DNA from: Lama glama
Taxonomy: Eukaryota
NCBI GenBank assembly: GCA_028534125.1
Contig: CM052817.1
Coordinates: 9,302,001 to 9,366,000, forward strand
Length of the DNA: 64,000 bases
Reading direction: 5' to 3'
Position numbers and translations under genes: made by a program. The notes under the pieces were generated by a model that did no database searches, had not been told where the DNA came from, and worked only from the letters and a program-made list of their open reading frames with translations. Positions 10,967-22,870 of this stretch are shown piece after piece; position 1 is the first letter of the stretch; each line of letters starts with the position of its first letter.

Positions 10967-11669
10967 TCCTAGCTATGGAAACATGTCTGTTCATCTTTTT
11001 ATAACCAGCATCCAGTACCATGCCTGGCCCATTCAAAGGTACCTGCCACAGAGAATTATCCACAGTCATGAATTTCAAGAATTAAAACATCTCCTTTAGG
11101 CCTTTTAGTATGATTGTCAATCATGTGAAATCCTTGACAGAACCAGTGGTATGAGCCATTCAGTACATGTATTGAGAAACCCATTTAGCATTAGGAAATT
11201 GGAGAAGTTTCATGTACAACACATATCCGAAGGCCAAATCCTATTGGTATCGTGCATGCCATTTTTTGACCTCCTTTAAAGGAACATGTATTTATGTACT
11301 AGGTAATTCAGCTAAATGCCATCTTCTGTTAAGGAATCACTGTGAAGCAGATGCACCAAGCAAGTAAATAATTGATAGGTATTCATCTTGACCACGTCAA
11401 TTCTTTGAACCCTCTCTAACAGATGACAAACCACGTGCTACATCCTGGCCTTCAGAAACATGCTCACCAGACACAGGACCATGCAACAGCCATGCTGCTG
11501 TCAGATTCGGTTGGCAAGTAGCCCAGGAAAGTAGAACAACCTGGATGATCCTGCTAGATTCTGTTACGTCATTGCCTAGATTTCCTCCTTTTCTCGTGCT
11601 ATTTTGCACCTTAATATTTCATCTCTTCTCCCACACGTGCATTCATTTTCCCAGCAAGCATTAGTTCCC

Positions 11670-11825
11670 ATTGTTTTCTTTTTTCTCTTTTTCACAAAGG
11701 TATTTATACAATTCACAAGTTTTAAATATACAGCTTGATGAATTTTGGTAATCGTGCACAATCATAACCACCATTACAACCAAGACACAGAACAGCTCCC
11801 TCGCTCTAAAAAGCTTCCAGCACTT
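11670..11825 (-). mobile_element. L1M 3'-end fragment
   Basis: T-rich tail followed by ATTCACAAGTTTTAAATATACAGCTTGATGAATTTTGGTAA...CATAACCACCATTACAACCAAGACACAGAACA. Confidence 0.65.
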
Positions 11826-12080
11826 GGAAGCAATAGCCATGTCAGCAAAAGCTGTTATGCCTACATACTGCTGTCAGTTCTCAGTAAGCAACAGCTGCGC
11901 AAAACACGATTTCCAGGGGCAATAAAGCAAGGCTTGCCAACCGCTTCTGGGTTAGAGCTGAGGCCCACTCCAGGCAACATTAAACAAGCCGACAGCACTT
12001 TTAGGAGAGTTTTAGCATGAAGTTATATTGCAGCCCACCTTGAAAATGTTTATCAAGCATGTAATAGTGAATATAAAGGT

Positions 12081-12130
<50 letters not shown>

Positions 12131-12143
12131 TACAGACAGACAG
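12081..12143. repeat. (TAGA)12 tetranucleotide microsatellite followed by (CAGA)3
   Basis: Perfect TAGA run at 12081-12130. Confidence 0.97.
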
Positions 12144-13302
12144 AGCAAGCAATATGAAGATACATAAGACAATGATCAATTCTAGGAATAGACTGACAAT
12201 TTCAACAACATATTAAAGCAAGGGCCAAAGGAAATGAAAACTGAAATTTGGCTTGAAAGATATGTATGACTTAACCATGAGAAAAGAGGTGTGATGGCTT
12301 TCAAGGAAAGGGAAGAGTCTGAGTGAAAAACTTAAAACAGCCTACTGTATGCATGTCTAGGGTGTGAACTGCAAAGCTGGGCAGGACAGAAGATACAGTT
12401 GGAAATCTCACTGTGCCAGATGATGGAGGTCTTCAAGACACAGAATCACTGCCAACTCCAGGAAGCCTCCTTCCAATTTGCTTCTTCACCCCACACCCGC
12501 TCAAGCTGGGATGTACCCTTTCTCCTCTTCTTGTTCTCATTACTTCACATTCTCTCAGTGCCCACATGGTGACCCTGTTGGCATTACTACTGTAAGACTT
12601 ACAGTCGTGGGAAGCCATGATGGCTGTTCCCCAGCACCCAGGACAGTGCCCAGATCCAGCAGAATCAAGAAATGTTCATTACAGTTTGTTGGAAAAACAA
12701 CCATTAAATAAATATATAGCCGTTGCTGTGTTCCAGAAAATTTTCACAACAGGTTTGAGGAAGGAGTTAGGCAGGTATTAGGAGGAGAAGCTAAAGAGTT
12801 GTGAATTCCAGCCCTACCCTCTTTTTTGGTTACTCCAGGACTCCTTCCATCTGTTCACATAAGACTGAAGAAGAAACTGCATTATGTTAACACTTGGGCA
12901 TCATACACCAAATGGCAGGACTATGGTAAGAAAATCAAGATGTGCTAAGTTATGGAGGCTGTGTCTATGAATAAGCTTGATTACAATTCAAAAGATTATA
13001 ATTCTTTACAACTATGGAGATTGCTTCAACGATAATGGAAACTTAAAAGCTAGGCTTCTATTGCTATATAAAACAACATAAGTTTGTCTGGTTTGAAACT
13101 TGAGGTAAATTTTAATCAAAAATAATCAAGCACCTGAGATTTTAGAAACTGTGCCTTTGAACATCTTATCATGTTTTAAGGTACATTTGAAAAGTACTTT
13201 CTACTGAACAGTGAGGTTGAATCTTGCATCTACCTGCTTATCCAGAGTACTTATCAAGTAAGGAGTGCCATCAGTTGAGTCAGATACTGTTAGCAATACA
13301 AC

Positions 13303-13620
13303 TGTAATAATCAATTTTCCAGAGGCAGACCAATAGGATATATAGAGCTATGTAAGAGGAGATTTATTATGGGAATTGGGTCATGTGATTATGGGGCCTG
13401 AAATATGCCACAGTCCACTGTCTGCCAGCTGGAAAAGCTAGGAAGCTGGTGTTACAATTCATTCTGGGACTGAAGACCTGGGAACCAGGAGCTCCAATGG
13501 CAGAAGGTAGCAGAAGACAGACGTCTGAACGTGGGGCAGGCATATCTCCTCCAGTGTGACTTTTCATAATCTGAATTAGATACAATATGCTCTATTAACG
13601 GGAGGATCAGCTTTACCTCA
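13303..13620 (-). mobile_element. MLT2-like ERVL LTR fragment
   Basis: TGTAATAATCAATTTTCCAGAGGCAGACCAATAGGATATA...GAGATTTATTATGGGAATTGGGTCATGTGATTATGG...CTGCCAGCTGGA, the reverse of the MLT2 3' end. Confidence 0.78.
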
Positions 13621-13699
13621 TGGTTAAAGCACAGCTTGTTTCCGTGCAGCCCAGTTGTCTTGTTCAGATGCCCCTTAGCTTCCCAAGACCATGTCAAGC

Positions 13700-14030
13700 C
13701 CTGTCCTCCTCAGGCCCTTCACATCAGTTTTTTCCTCCGCCTGCAAGGCGCTTCCCGCAAGTCTCCTCTCAGTCTTCAGAACTCAGCTTCCAGAAGGCCT
13801 CCTGCAGCCACACATTCTGAAGTGGGTCCCTCTTTTTCGCCTCCATCTCAGTGTCTTATCTGTTCCCTTCATCACACACCACCAACCATCACTGTTGCAT
13901 CGATCTGATTTCTTCCATGCATCTGAGGTCAGGACTCTTGTCTACCTGAGTCAGTCATAGCCCGAACATTTAGAACAGTGCCTGGCACACATAGTAGAAG
14001 TTTTGATAGACAATTGCTAAGTGAATTAAA
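13700..14030 (+). mobile_element. L2 3' end
   Basis: TCTTCCATGCATCTGAGGTCAGGACTCTTGTCTACC...TAGAACAGTGCCTGGCACACATAGTAG...TTGCTAAGTGAAT. Confidence 0.7.
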
Positions 14031-14206
14031 ACTGCATGGAATCAAATGTCAGATTTGTTCAGTCATGTTTAAGTTTTATAGCTATATATATCTTAGCTAG
14101 AAAAATAATTTTATTATTAAAATTCTTATAGGGGAAAAGAACTATTACTGAACGTCTGAAAAACTTTAGTATATTATCTCCCCTCCATTTAGAAGTAATT
14201 ATTTCT

Positions 14207-14958
14207 ACATGGAAACAACCTAAATGTCCATTGACAGATGACCAGGTAGAGAAGCTGTGATATATTTACATAATGGAATACTACTCAGCCATAAAAAAGA
14301 ATAAAATAATGTCATTTGCAGCAACATGGATGGACCTGGAGATCATCATTCTAAGTGAAGTAAGCCAAAAAGAAAAAGAAAAATACCATATGATATCACT
14401 GATATGTGGAATCTAAAAAGAAAAAAGAAGATGCAAATGAACTTATTTATAAAACAGAAACAGACTCACAGATACAAAAAAGAAACTTATGGTTATTGGG
14501 GAAAAAAGGAGTCGGAAGGGATAAATTTGGCAGTTTGAGATTTACAAATGTTAGCCACTATATATAAAAATAGATTTTGAAAAAGTTTCTTCTGTATAGC
14601 ACAGAGAACTATGTTCAATATCTTGTAATAACTTCTAATGGAAAAAATATGTAAATGAGTATATGCATGTATATGCATGACTGGGACACTGTGCTGTACA
14701 CCAGAGATTGACACATTGTAACTGACTGTATTTCAATTAAAAAAATAAAGTATAAAAAATTATGAAATAGATAAACAACTTTCTTCTATATAGCACAGGA
14801 AACTATATTCAATATTTTATAGTAACCTACAATGAAAAAAATATGAAAACAAATATATGCATATATATGTATGACTGAGACATGATGCTGTGCACCAGAA
14901 ATTGACACATTCTAAACCAACTGTACTTCAAACAAGAATTAATTAATTTATTTTAAAA
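14207..14958 (+). mobile_element. Cetartiodactyl/camelid L1 3' end with a second L1 terminal segment in tandem
   Basis: ACATGGAAACAACCTAAATGTCCA...TACTACTCAGCCATAAAAAAGAATAAAATAATG...ACACCAGAGATTGACACATTGTAACTGAC, then a second tail ...GCACCAGAAATTGACACATTCTAAACCAAC. TSD AGAAGTAATTATTTCT (14191-14206) / AGAAGTCATTATTTCT (14959-14974). Confidence 0.9.
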
Positions 14959-15795
14959 AGAAGTCATTATTTCTGTAATGCACTTTTTGATGACATAAGG
15001 TTCATTAAGAAGGCCACATTATTGCAGAACAGAATGCAATTCACATGAAGTCCCTTCAAGACACTCCCCTCTTCTACAACAAATCAGAAAATTCTCTAGA
15101 TTTGAGTTGTCCTCTGAAAACAGGGGTCAGGGTGTTCAAGGAGATGTGCCTCTTTTTTCAAATTGACCTTAAGAAGATCACATTTCATGAGTTTGGGGCA
15201 TCAATGGCTAGCTAGGGGATCATCTCACCATAATTCTGCAAATATCACTTTGCAGGGTAACTGTTGTGAAAGTTTTTCCAACTCAAATCATCTAACTCTC
15301 AAGCTAAATGTACCCTACAGGGAACTGCTATGGACAAGATTGATCCTTTTTCTAATTTGCTTAGGCATGTGTAAGTGGGCGGGGAATGGGGCACACCTGG
15401 AGTGATTCAAAGCATTAGAGTTATCCCCTGTGTTTTTGAATTCCTCCCTCCCTACTTTTTCTAATAGATCTTGTTTCATGCTTTCCTGGACACCATGGTA
15501 AACACTCTGGGGACACTGAAATAAATATTAAATAGTTGACGTTTTTCCTCCAAGCTCTCAGAGTTGATGGGGGAAGGCAGACTTCATGTAACCTGGGAAT
15601 GCAGCAGAAGTGAATTCTCCTCCGTAATCATTTGCAATTTTTTTTGTATTCATGTATTACTTATAAGTGTATTGCTCCTAGGAACAAGAAATATAATGAT
15701 AACAGCTGCTCTTAGCTGAGGGCCAGCCACTGTACTAGACATTCTATACATAAGAAGGAGGAAGATAAAGGGGGTTATTGAGTGCTTATTATACG

Positions 15796-16318
15796 TGTGT
15801 GTGTACACACACACACACATACACACACACACTGGGATACTACTCAGCCATAAAAAAGAACAAAATAATGCCATTTGCTGCAACATGGATGGACCTAGAG
15901 CTTATCACACTAAGTCAAAGACAAATATCATATGATATAACTTATATGTGGAATCAAAAAAAATGGCACAAATGAACTTTATTTACAAAACAGAAACAGA
16001 CTTACAGACATAGAAAACAAATTTATGGTTACCAAAGGGGAAAGGAAGTGGGGAGGGATAAATTAGGAGTTTGAGATTAGCAGATACCAACTGCTATATA
16101 TAAAACAGATAAACAACAAGTTTATATTGCATAGCACAGGGAACTATATCCATAGTTTGTAATAACCTGCAACAACAAAGAATATGAAAATTATATATAT
16201 GTACATATATATATGTATACACACACACGCACACACACACACACACAACTGAATCACTATGCTGTACACCAGAAACTAACACAACATTGTAAGTCAACTA
16301 TACTACAATTTTTTTAAA
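15796..16318 (+). mobile_element. Cetartiodactyl L1 3' end with internal (CA)n/(TA)n
   Basis: TACTACTCAGCCATAAAAAAGAACAAAATAATGCCATTTGCTGCAACATGGATGGACCTAGAG...TAGCACAGGGAACTATAT...ACACCAGAAACTAACACAACATTGTAAGTCAACTATAC. Confidence 0.9.
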
Positions 16319-17419
16319 GTGGATCTGGTGGAACAAATGGAAAATAAAAGTAATACTCCCCAAAAGTTTATTGCCTCCTATCTCAGGGCCAAATAAATAA
16401 ATTTTTGTCAGCACGTCAAAATGCTCTTCTCAAATACTCCAATTTCATGATATATAAAGACCACTCTAAGAAATGATGTGTCCACCTAGTTCACGTACAA
16501 AGATCTTTCAATCAAAATAAGGCTGTTTGAAATCGTAACAGATAGCTTCTGGAGTAGAATTAGGGCAGAGCAGGGTTGCCACTTGGCAGTAATACTGCTG
16601 AGCACACTCAAGCATCAGAAAGGAGAGCCATAAGATGGTCCTCAATGATCCTTCCAACTGTAAGTCAGGTCATAAGTTTCTACCAGTAAAATGAAAACAC
16701 CCTCCCGCCCTGGGGTGATGTGAACAGTGCTTACTGAGATACACTCAAGTTTTTTGGAAGAAATGTGTTTCCAAACAGGCACCACCAACAAAGAGTTTCC
16801 TTCAACCAAGAGGGAGGTCCACCATGTCACGGGAGAAGTTTCAGAACAGAGCTGTGGTGTGTGTGCCAAGGGGTGGTGTGGGAAGAGGTTTCTAGTCTGC
16901 ATTCTCCAAAAATATGTGCTAAAGTGAACAGAGAGAGACGCAACTTGGAGAAACCCAAAACGGAATTTGACCCTTGGTTCAGCTCTCCAGTGGCAGGACC
17001 TAAACGAAGCCTTTGTTTAATATTTGGCACATTGTTCCCAAGGCAGCAATGGTCCGTTTTGGGGAGACATATGACACCCTCAGGGAAACTGGACTTGGAA
17101 GAAGCAAAAGGACCAGCCCATGCAGGAGAAACAGAATGATGGTGTGTTCTTTCAGCGGGCGAGGCTGCTCCCAGCACATCAGGATGCTTCTATCAAACAA
17201 AGGTTCTTTGGAGAAAGAGCAGCTTTCCTGGCTGGTCGTGGTATGAGCAGATTCTTTTATGTGCAAGGTAGTTGTGAGAAATTGGCTCCTGTGAAATGTC
17301 AGATGAATATGTTGACTTGATTTTGCGTGGTGGCATCATTTTATATAAAGTCAGGTAAGTACCAAGAACAGCACATTTACTTAGAGCCAGAAGACCTGGG
17401 ATTGAACCTTAGCTCTAAC

Positions 17420-17592
17420 AATAATAACATTGTTCTGCTCACAATCTCACTTAATCCTCAGAGCAACTCCACGAGATAGATGCTACCATGATGCCCAGGC
17501 CACATATGCGTAAACTGAGGCACAGAGAGGTGAAGCAACATTCCTAAGGTAACAAAGCTGGCAAGTGCCAGATTTGAGGTTCCAACTCATGC
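17420..17592 (-). mobile_element. MIR SINE
   Basis: CTTAATCCTCAGAGCAACTCC...AAACTGAGGCACAGAGAGGTGAAGCAACATTCCTAAGGTAACA. Confidence 0.78.
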
Positions 17593-17596
17593 TTCA

Positions 17597-17975
17597 TCAT
17601 TTGGATCAGTAGACTGAGTAAAGCAGGTTGGTCTCCCTGATGACGGTGGGCCTCATGCAATCCATCGAAGGTCTGGATAGAATAAAGGCTGGGGAAGGGA
17701 GGATTCACGCTCTGCCTGTCTTCAAGCTGGGACGTTGAGCTTCTGCTGCACTCAGACTGGCACTTACACCATCAGCTCTCCCGGTTCTCAGGCCTTCGGA
17801 CACAGCCTGGAGCGACACCACTGCCTCTCCTGGACCACTGATTTGCACGTGGCAGGTTATGAGGCTTCTCGTCCTCCGTAATACGGGAGGCCATCCTTCA
17901 CATTAAATCTCTCTCCCTCTCTCCCCAGAATGTTTACCTCCTACTGATTCTGCTTTTCTGAAGGACTCTAACACA
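17597..17975 (+). mobile_element. MLT2C/D-like ERVL LTR
   Basis: ATCAGTAGACTGAGTAAAGCAG...GGTGGGCCTCATGCAATCCATCGAAGG...TTCTCAGGCCTTCGGAC...CCTACTGATTCTGCTTTTCTGAAGGACTCTAACACA. Confidence 0.82.
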
Positions 17976-17999
17976 AGACCTTTTACAATTTTGAAGGCC

Positions 18000-18650
18000 A
18001 TTACTCTGATTTTTTTTAAATGACTCATATAAAAGTAGCATCTTTTAGAAATATAGAAAGTTAAAAAAAAGAAAAATAATTTGATAAATCCCACTATTCA
18101 AATCCAACTGTTATTCATATTTTGTTGCATTTCCTTCCAGCATTTTCCTACGTATACAATTGTTGTTTTTCAAGATGTAATTATACAGTATATAATTTTG
18201 TATTAAATTATAGGCACTTCTCGTTGTTAATTTAGTCTTCATAACCATCATTTTTAATATCTGCGCAAAATGAGAGTACGTGTGCCATAATTGACTTAAA
18301 TTTCCCCTGCTTGTGGCAGATCTAATTTGTTTACCTTTTTTTCATTATTACAAGAATAAACATCTGCCTGCATAAAGCATTTTCCACATTTAGAATGATT
18401 TCCTCAGGATATATTGTCAAACGTGGAATAATTGCATCAAAGTGCACTGATTTACTTAGGGCTCTTGCTAAAAACGTCCAAGCAGTTTTCTAGAAAGCTC
18501 CTTTCAGTTTCTGTCCTCCCAAGCAGACTATGAACACGTCCATCGTACACCCATTGACCAGCACTACGGGTCTAGAATCAATTTTCAATTTTATAATTAA
18601 ACAGAACAGTCTATATTATTTCAGTTTGCATTTCTCCTATTGCTAGTGGG
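18000..18650 (-). mobile_element. Ancient L1ME-like fragment
   Basis: GAATGATTTCCTCAGGATATATTGTCAAACGTGGAATAATTGCATCAAAG...GTTTTCTAGAAAG...CAGTTTGCATTTCTC. Confidence 0.6.
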
Positions 18651-19189
18651 TCACGGGGTCTCCTCTGAGCTCTCCCTTCCTGTTCTCCATTCATACATAC
18701 TTGCACGTGGACACCATCAATGTTTTAATATTTTGTAGGACTGGCCATATGAATACTTTTTTTCCTCAATCGTTTTTTAATTGTCTTTTCTGTTTATGCT
18801 CCTAGCTGTTAAAATCCTTTTGAAAAAATCCCTTTGGAATTACGACAGGACTTGTTTTAAATGTGAAGTAGACTTTTCCCAGGATGGAGTCACACGGCCA
18901 CGTTAGCAGTACCTCATCCCCAGAAGCCTTAGGAACCTTGGGGTCTCCTTTCTGGCTTCCCCACTGCATCCTGATGCTCTCTGCTCCAAGTAGCGGAAAA
19001 CAGCCGTTGATGAAATGGTCTGAACTCTGGGCAGTGATTCATTCATCCCCCGGCCAAGAGGAAATCCTGAGGCAGGACTTTTCTCCCAAAAGCTTCGCAT
19101 TTTTCCATGTGGTCCATCCTCAGTGAGTCAACCATGCAGATGCTCAGCCCCAGATCAAGGCATCACATCATCCCACCACGTCCAGCCCC

Positions 19190-19865
19190 CTCAGGGCTGT
19201 TTCTCCTCCGGCCACCTCACTGGCAACGTTGACATCACGTCACCATGCATTCTTAAATCCATCGTACAATTTGCGGGTTCCCCTGACCCCTTCTGGTTTG
19301 ACAGTTTTCGAAAATGACTCACAGAACTCAGAAAAGTGCCGTTCCTATAACTGCAGTTTTATTTTGAAGGATACAGTTCAGGACCAGCCAAAGGAAGAGA
19401 CAGATGGGTCAGGGGCTGGGAGAGTCCTGATTGTGGAGCTCCTGAGCCTCTTCCCCATGGAAACAGGACACACCCCTCTCCCAGCACATTGATGTCTTCC
19501 CCAACCAGGAAGTGCCAACAAGCTTCCGCATACAGCTTTTCACTGAAGTCTCTTTATGTAGGCATGATTGATTAATTGTGGCCACATGACTGAACTCAAT
19601 CTCCAGCTCTTTTCCCTGCTCGAGAAGTCAAACTGGCTCCAAGTCTCAGCCCGCTAATTGCATAGTTGGTCTTTCCAGTGACCAGTCTCCAACCTGAAAC
19701 CATCTAGAGGCCAAGCATGAGTCATCTCATTACCTTAAATTCAGGTGTGGCCCGAGGGACTCATGAATAATGGACACTTTTATCACTTGGGAAGTTATAA
19801 GGGTTTTAGAAACTCTGTGCTAGGATCTGTGGACAAAAATCAGACAAATTCTTTATTATGCAACA
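19190..19865 (-). mobile_element. MER21-like solo LTR (MER21C-like)
   Basis: ACTCACAGAACTCAGAAAAG...AAGGATACA...GTAGGCATGATTGATTAA...TGAACTCAATCTCCAGC...AAGGGTTTTAGAAACTCTGTGCTAGGA...TTTATTATGCAACA. Confidence 0.78.
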
Positions 19866-20984
19866 CCATCTCATGTCTGTGAACATCCCAATGGTGTTCT
19901 TTCTTTACCACAAGTGGGGCTACGACCTAACATTAACAGCACAGTTTCTGACTTCTGTTCTTCTGGGATATGACAACCAGTAGGAAGCAAGACTCCTAGG
20001 ATATCCTTTGTGTTAATGCTCAGGCCCGATCGCATTTCTGCTCCTGCATGGGGCCCAGGGAGATGTCTATTCAAATCATATGAATATTCTAGTAAAGACG
20101 TATAAACATGCACTCTTCTTTTGGTCAAAGCTATTGCCTAATATTTTATAATTAACCAACACTCTGCTTTTTATTTATCTTTTCCTTATGTTTCAAGCTA
20201 GAAATAGCTGACTTAGAGAAATGCTACTGATTTTTATATATTTGTCTTCTCTCTGTCCTCTCCCCTCGTAAATTCTTATTAATTCTTATAGCATTTTGGT
20301 TAAGTCACTTAGATATTTTTAAATACTGAATTGTATCATCCTCACATAATGATTCTTTTTTAATACTTACAGCCCTTATTTATGGTTAAGGCCTTATTAG
20401 GCTGTCCGGATATGGAGAATACAATTAAATAATAATTGAGATGCTAGGAGCTTGGTTTTGCTCTTGATGTCAAGGCAAGAACTTCTCATGTTTTATCATT
20501 AAGTACAATATCGGCTGTTTTGGAATATACTTTGCCATGCTAATGATGTAGACTTCAAGTTCTTACACAGTTAGCATTTTTATTATTAATACATATTAAA
20601 TTTTATTCATGGCTATTTAATATCACTAATTTTTTGCGTGTGTTTATTTTATTTGTTTTTGGGAGACTAGTAACAGAATTTGCTTTGGGTTTTTTATTTG
20701 TATAAAAGTATGCCTTGGAGTTATTTTTCTAGAAGGTGGGATCATCTGTAACAGCTAGTCTATCATTTTTATAAAGTCTCAAAGAGCCCCTCCAGATATT
20801 TGTACAGATACCTTTATTGCATCAGCCCTACCTTACTATCGGACTCAGGTTTCTGATGCTTGCGGCAGGTGAGACCAGATAAACCACATGGCCCACTCTA
20901 GCACTTGGTAAACAGTCAGTGAACACACTGTCAGGCAGCATCACCTAAGCTGTGTTTGAGGAAACAAAAGCATCCTGCTATATT

Positions 20985-21856
20985 AGGGTCAGGAATCCAC
21001 AGCCCATGGGCCAAATCTCACCCATTCACCACCTGTTTTGGTAAATACAGTTTTATTGAAACACAATCTTTCTTTTTTTTTTTTCCTTGCTTCATCACAT
21101 CTTTTTATTTCACTTAGTGCTGATTTGCACAAAAGAAAACATGTAATATTTATGAAAAGCATAACTTCATAATAATACAGCAAACACCGTTGAGTGGTAT
21201 AAACTGGTAAACTGAACATCACCTGGCTCTCCCCCAGTATCCCCTACTTCACTCTTAAATATAAATATTCCCCTGAAATTTGTGTTTATAACTTTCTTGA
21301 CTTTTGGGGGGTAATTTTTCCACCTGTGTATGTGCCCCCAAACAGTGCATTATACAATTTTAGTCATTTTTGAGTTTTATAAAAATGAAATTGCTCTCTG
21401 TTTTCTCAACTCAGCATCGTGTTTCTAATATTTACCCAGGTGGGTGTTTTGTATTATTTTCTCTGATGTATAGTTTTCCGTGGTATGAACACATCACAGT
21501 TTATTTCTCTATTCTGCCATCCCTGGGCGTTCGATTTGTTCCGAGTTTTCTTGTTCTTACAGATGAGGCTTCTGTGAACATTCTTAAATGGATCTCCAGA
21601 GGCACCTGCAAATTCTAGAATGAGGACTGCTGGCTTGCGAAGCATGTCTTGTTCTGCGTTATAAGACCGTGCCAAAGTGTTTTCCGAAGTGTCTTTACCT
21701 GTGGAACACAATCACGTATGCCCATTTATATAGGCGTTGTCAGTAACTGTTTTCATATTATATGAAAGAATTAAATAATTGCAAGAAATGCCATGTGGCC
21801 CACAAAGCCTAAAATATTTGCTAACTGGGCCTTACAGAAAAGTTTGCCTACCCCTG
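20985..21856. mobile_element. MER58A-like hAT MITE split by an L1 insertion
   Basis: Left half TAGGGTCAGGAATCCACAGCCCATGGGCCAAATC...GTAAATACAGTTTTATTGAAACACA. Right half TGGAACACA...GTGGCCCACAAAGCCTAAAATATTTGCTAACTGGGCCTTACAGAAAAGTTTGCCTACCCCTG. Confidence 0.82.
21069..21701 (-). mobile_element. Old L1 (L1ME-like) 3' end inserted in MER58A
   Basis: Poly(T) at ~21069-21084; L1 motifs CCCTGAAATTTGTGTTTATAA, TTTGAGTTTTATAAAAATG and GGCTTCTGTGAACATTCTT. TSD TGAAACACAATC (21057-21068) / TGGAACACAATC (21702-21713). Confidence 0.75.
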
Positions 21857-22419
21857 TTCCAAATACCAATCAGTATTCTGAGGGAAAAAACAAAAGGGAA
21901 GAAAGGGTTCTTCCATCAAATAAGCTCAAGAAGTGATGTATCTCTTCATGAAAATGTAAATTTTTACTCTAACGTGTTAAAAAAAACCTAGAGTCATGCA
22001 TAAGTGTAAACATACATGCATATGTGTAGGCTCACATGTATAAATCAATTTGATTCTACACCATCATTTTACAAACTTTTTTTAGCTACAAATCCATTTT
22101 TCCTTGAAGAAATATTCATCTTTCAGCACCTTTGGTCTTGTGTATGTTTGCTGGAAGATTTTATTACTTTTCTTATTACTGCCATAGATGTGTGTATTTC
22201 TTCTTCTCATCTCTCCCATTGCTTGATCTTCTGATCTGTTTGGTGGCATTTATTTAAAATTACTATTAAATTTTTACTTCTGGTTCCTTCTTGATCCATC
22301 TGCTGCCACAATTATTTGTAGTGACCATGGCGACTGCTACTGCTGGTATTTACTCATGATAATGATTGTTACCCTACCTGCAATATTCACAAGGCTGCAG
22401 CATGGGAGGCCACAGGTGC

Positions 22420-22870
22420 AAAGGGCATTTCCTGGGAGTCAGGCAAAAGAGCAGTGGTCTCACCACACTTTGACCTTAGGCAAGTTCCTTGACTTCTGTT
22501 AGCTGACTTATCCCCTTTTATAAACCAGGAGTAAAAATATCGACTTTACTGGAGTAGGAGGGTAAGATGAGTTTATGCTTGTGATGTAGGTAGCCTGTTT
22601 CCAGCAACATAGCAAATGCTTACCAAGAGCACAGAATTTGGCACCACTGAGAGATGGTTTTGGATTGAGGCAACCCATGAGAGGCAACGTACTGCGGTGG
22701 TTGAAAAGGTGGCTGTTAGAATTAGAGATACGTGGGTTCAATTTCCACCTCTGTGATACAAGTAAGTTTCTCATCCTCTCCTCCCACCGGGAAAATGAGG
22801 ATAATCATGTGACTGTACAGGGTTCTGGGGAGGGTTTATCAAGATTAGCATGAAAGAGGCTCAGTAGCCA
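22420..22870 (+). mobile_element. Two tandem MIR SINEs
   Basis: TGACCTTAGGCAAGTTCCTTGACTTCTG and GTGGTTGAAAAGGTGGCTGTTAGAATTAGAGATACGTGGGTTCAATTTCC...GAAAATGAGGATAAT. Confidence 0.7.

Noticed and set aside
15778..15975. ORF containing YYSAIKKNKIMPFAATWMDLE
   Set aside because: C-terminal remnant of L1 ORF2 in a truncated element, not a host gene.
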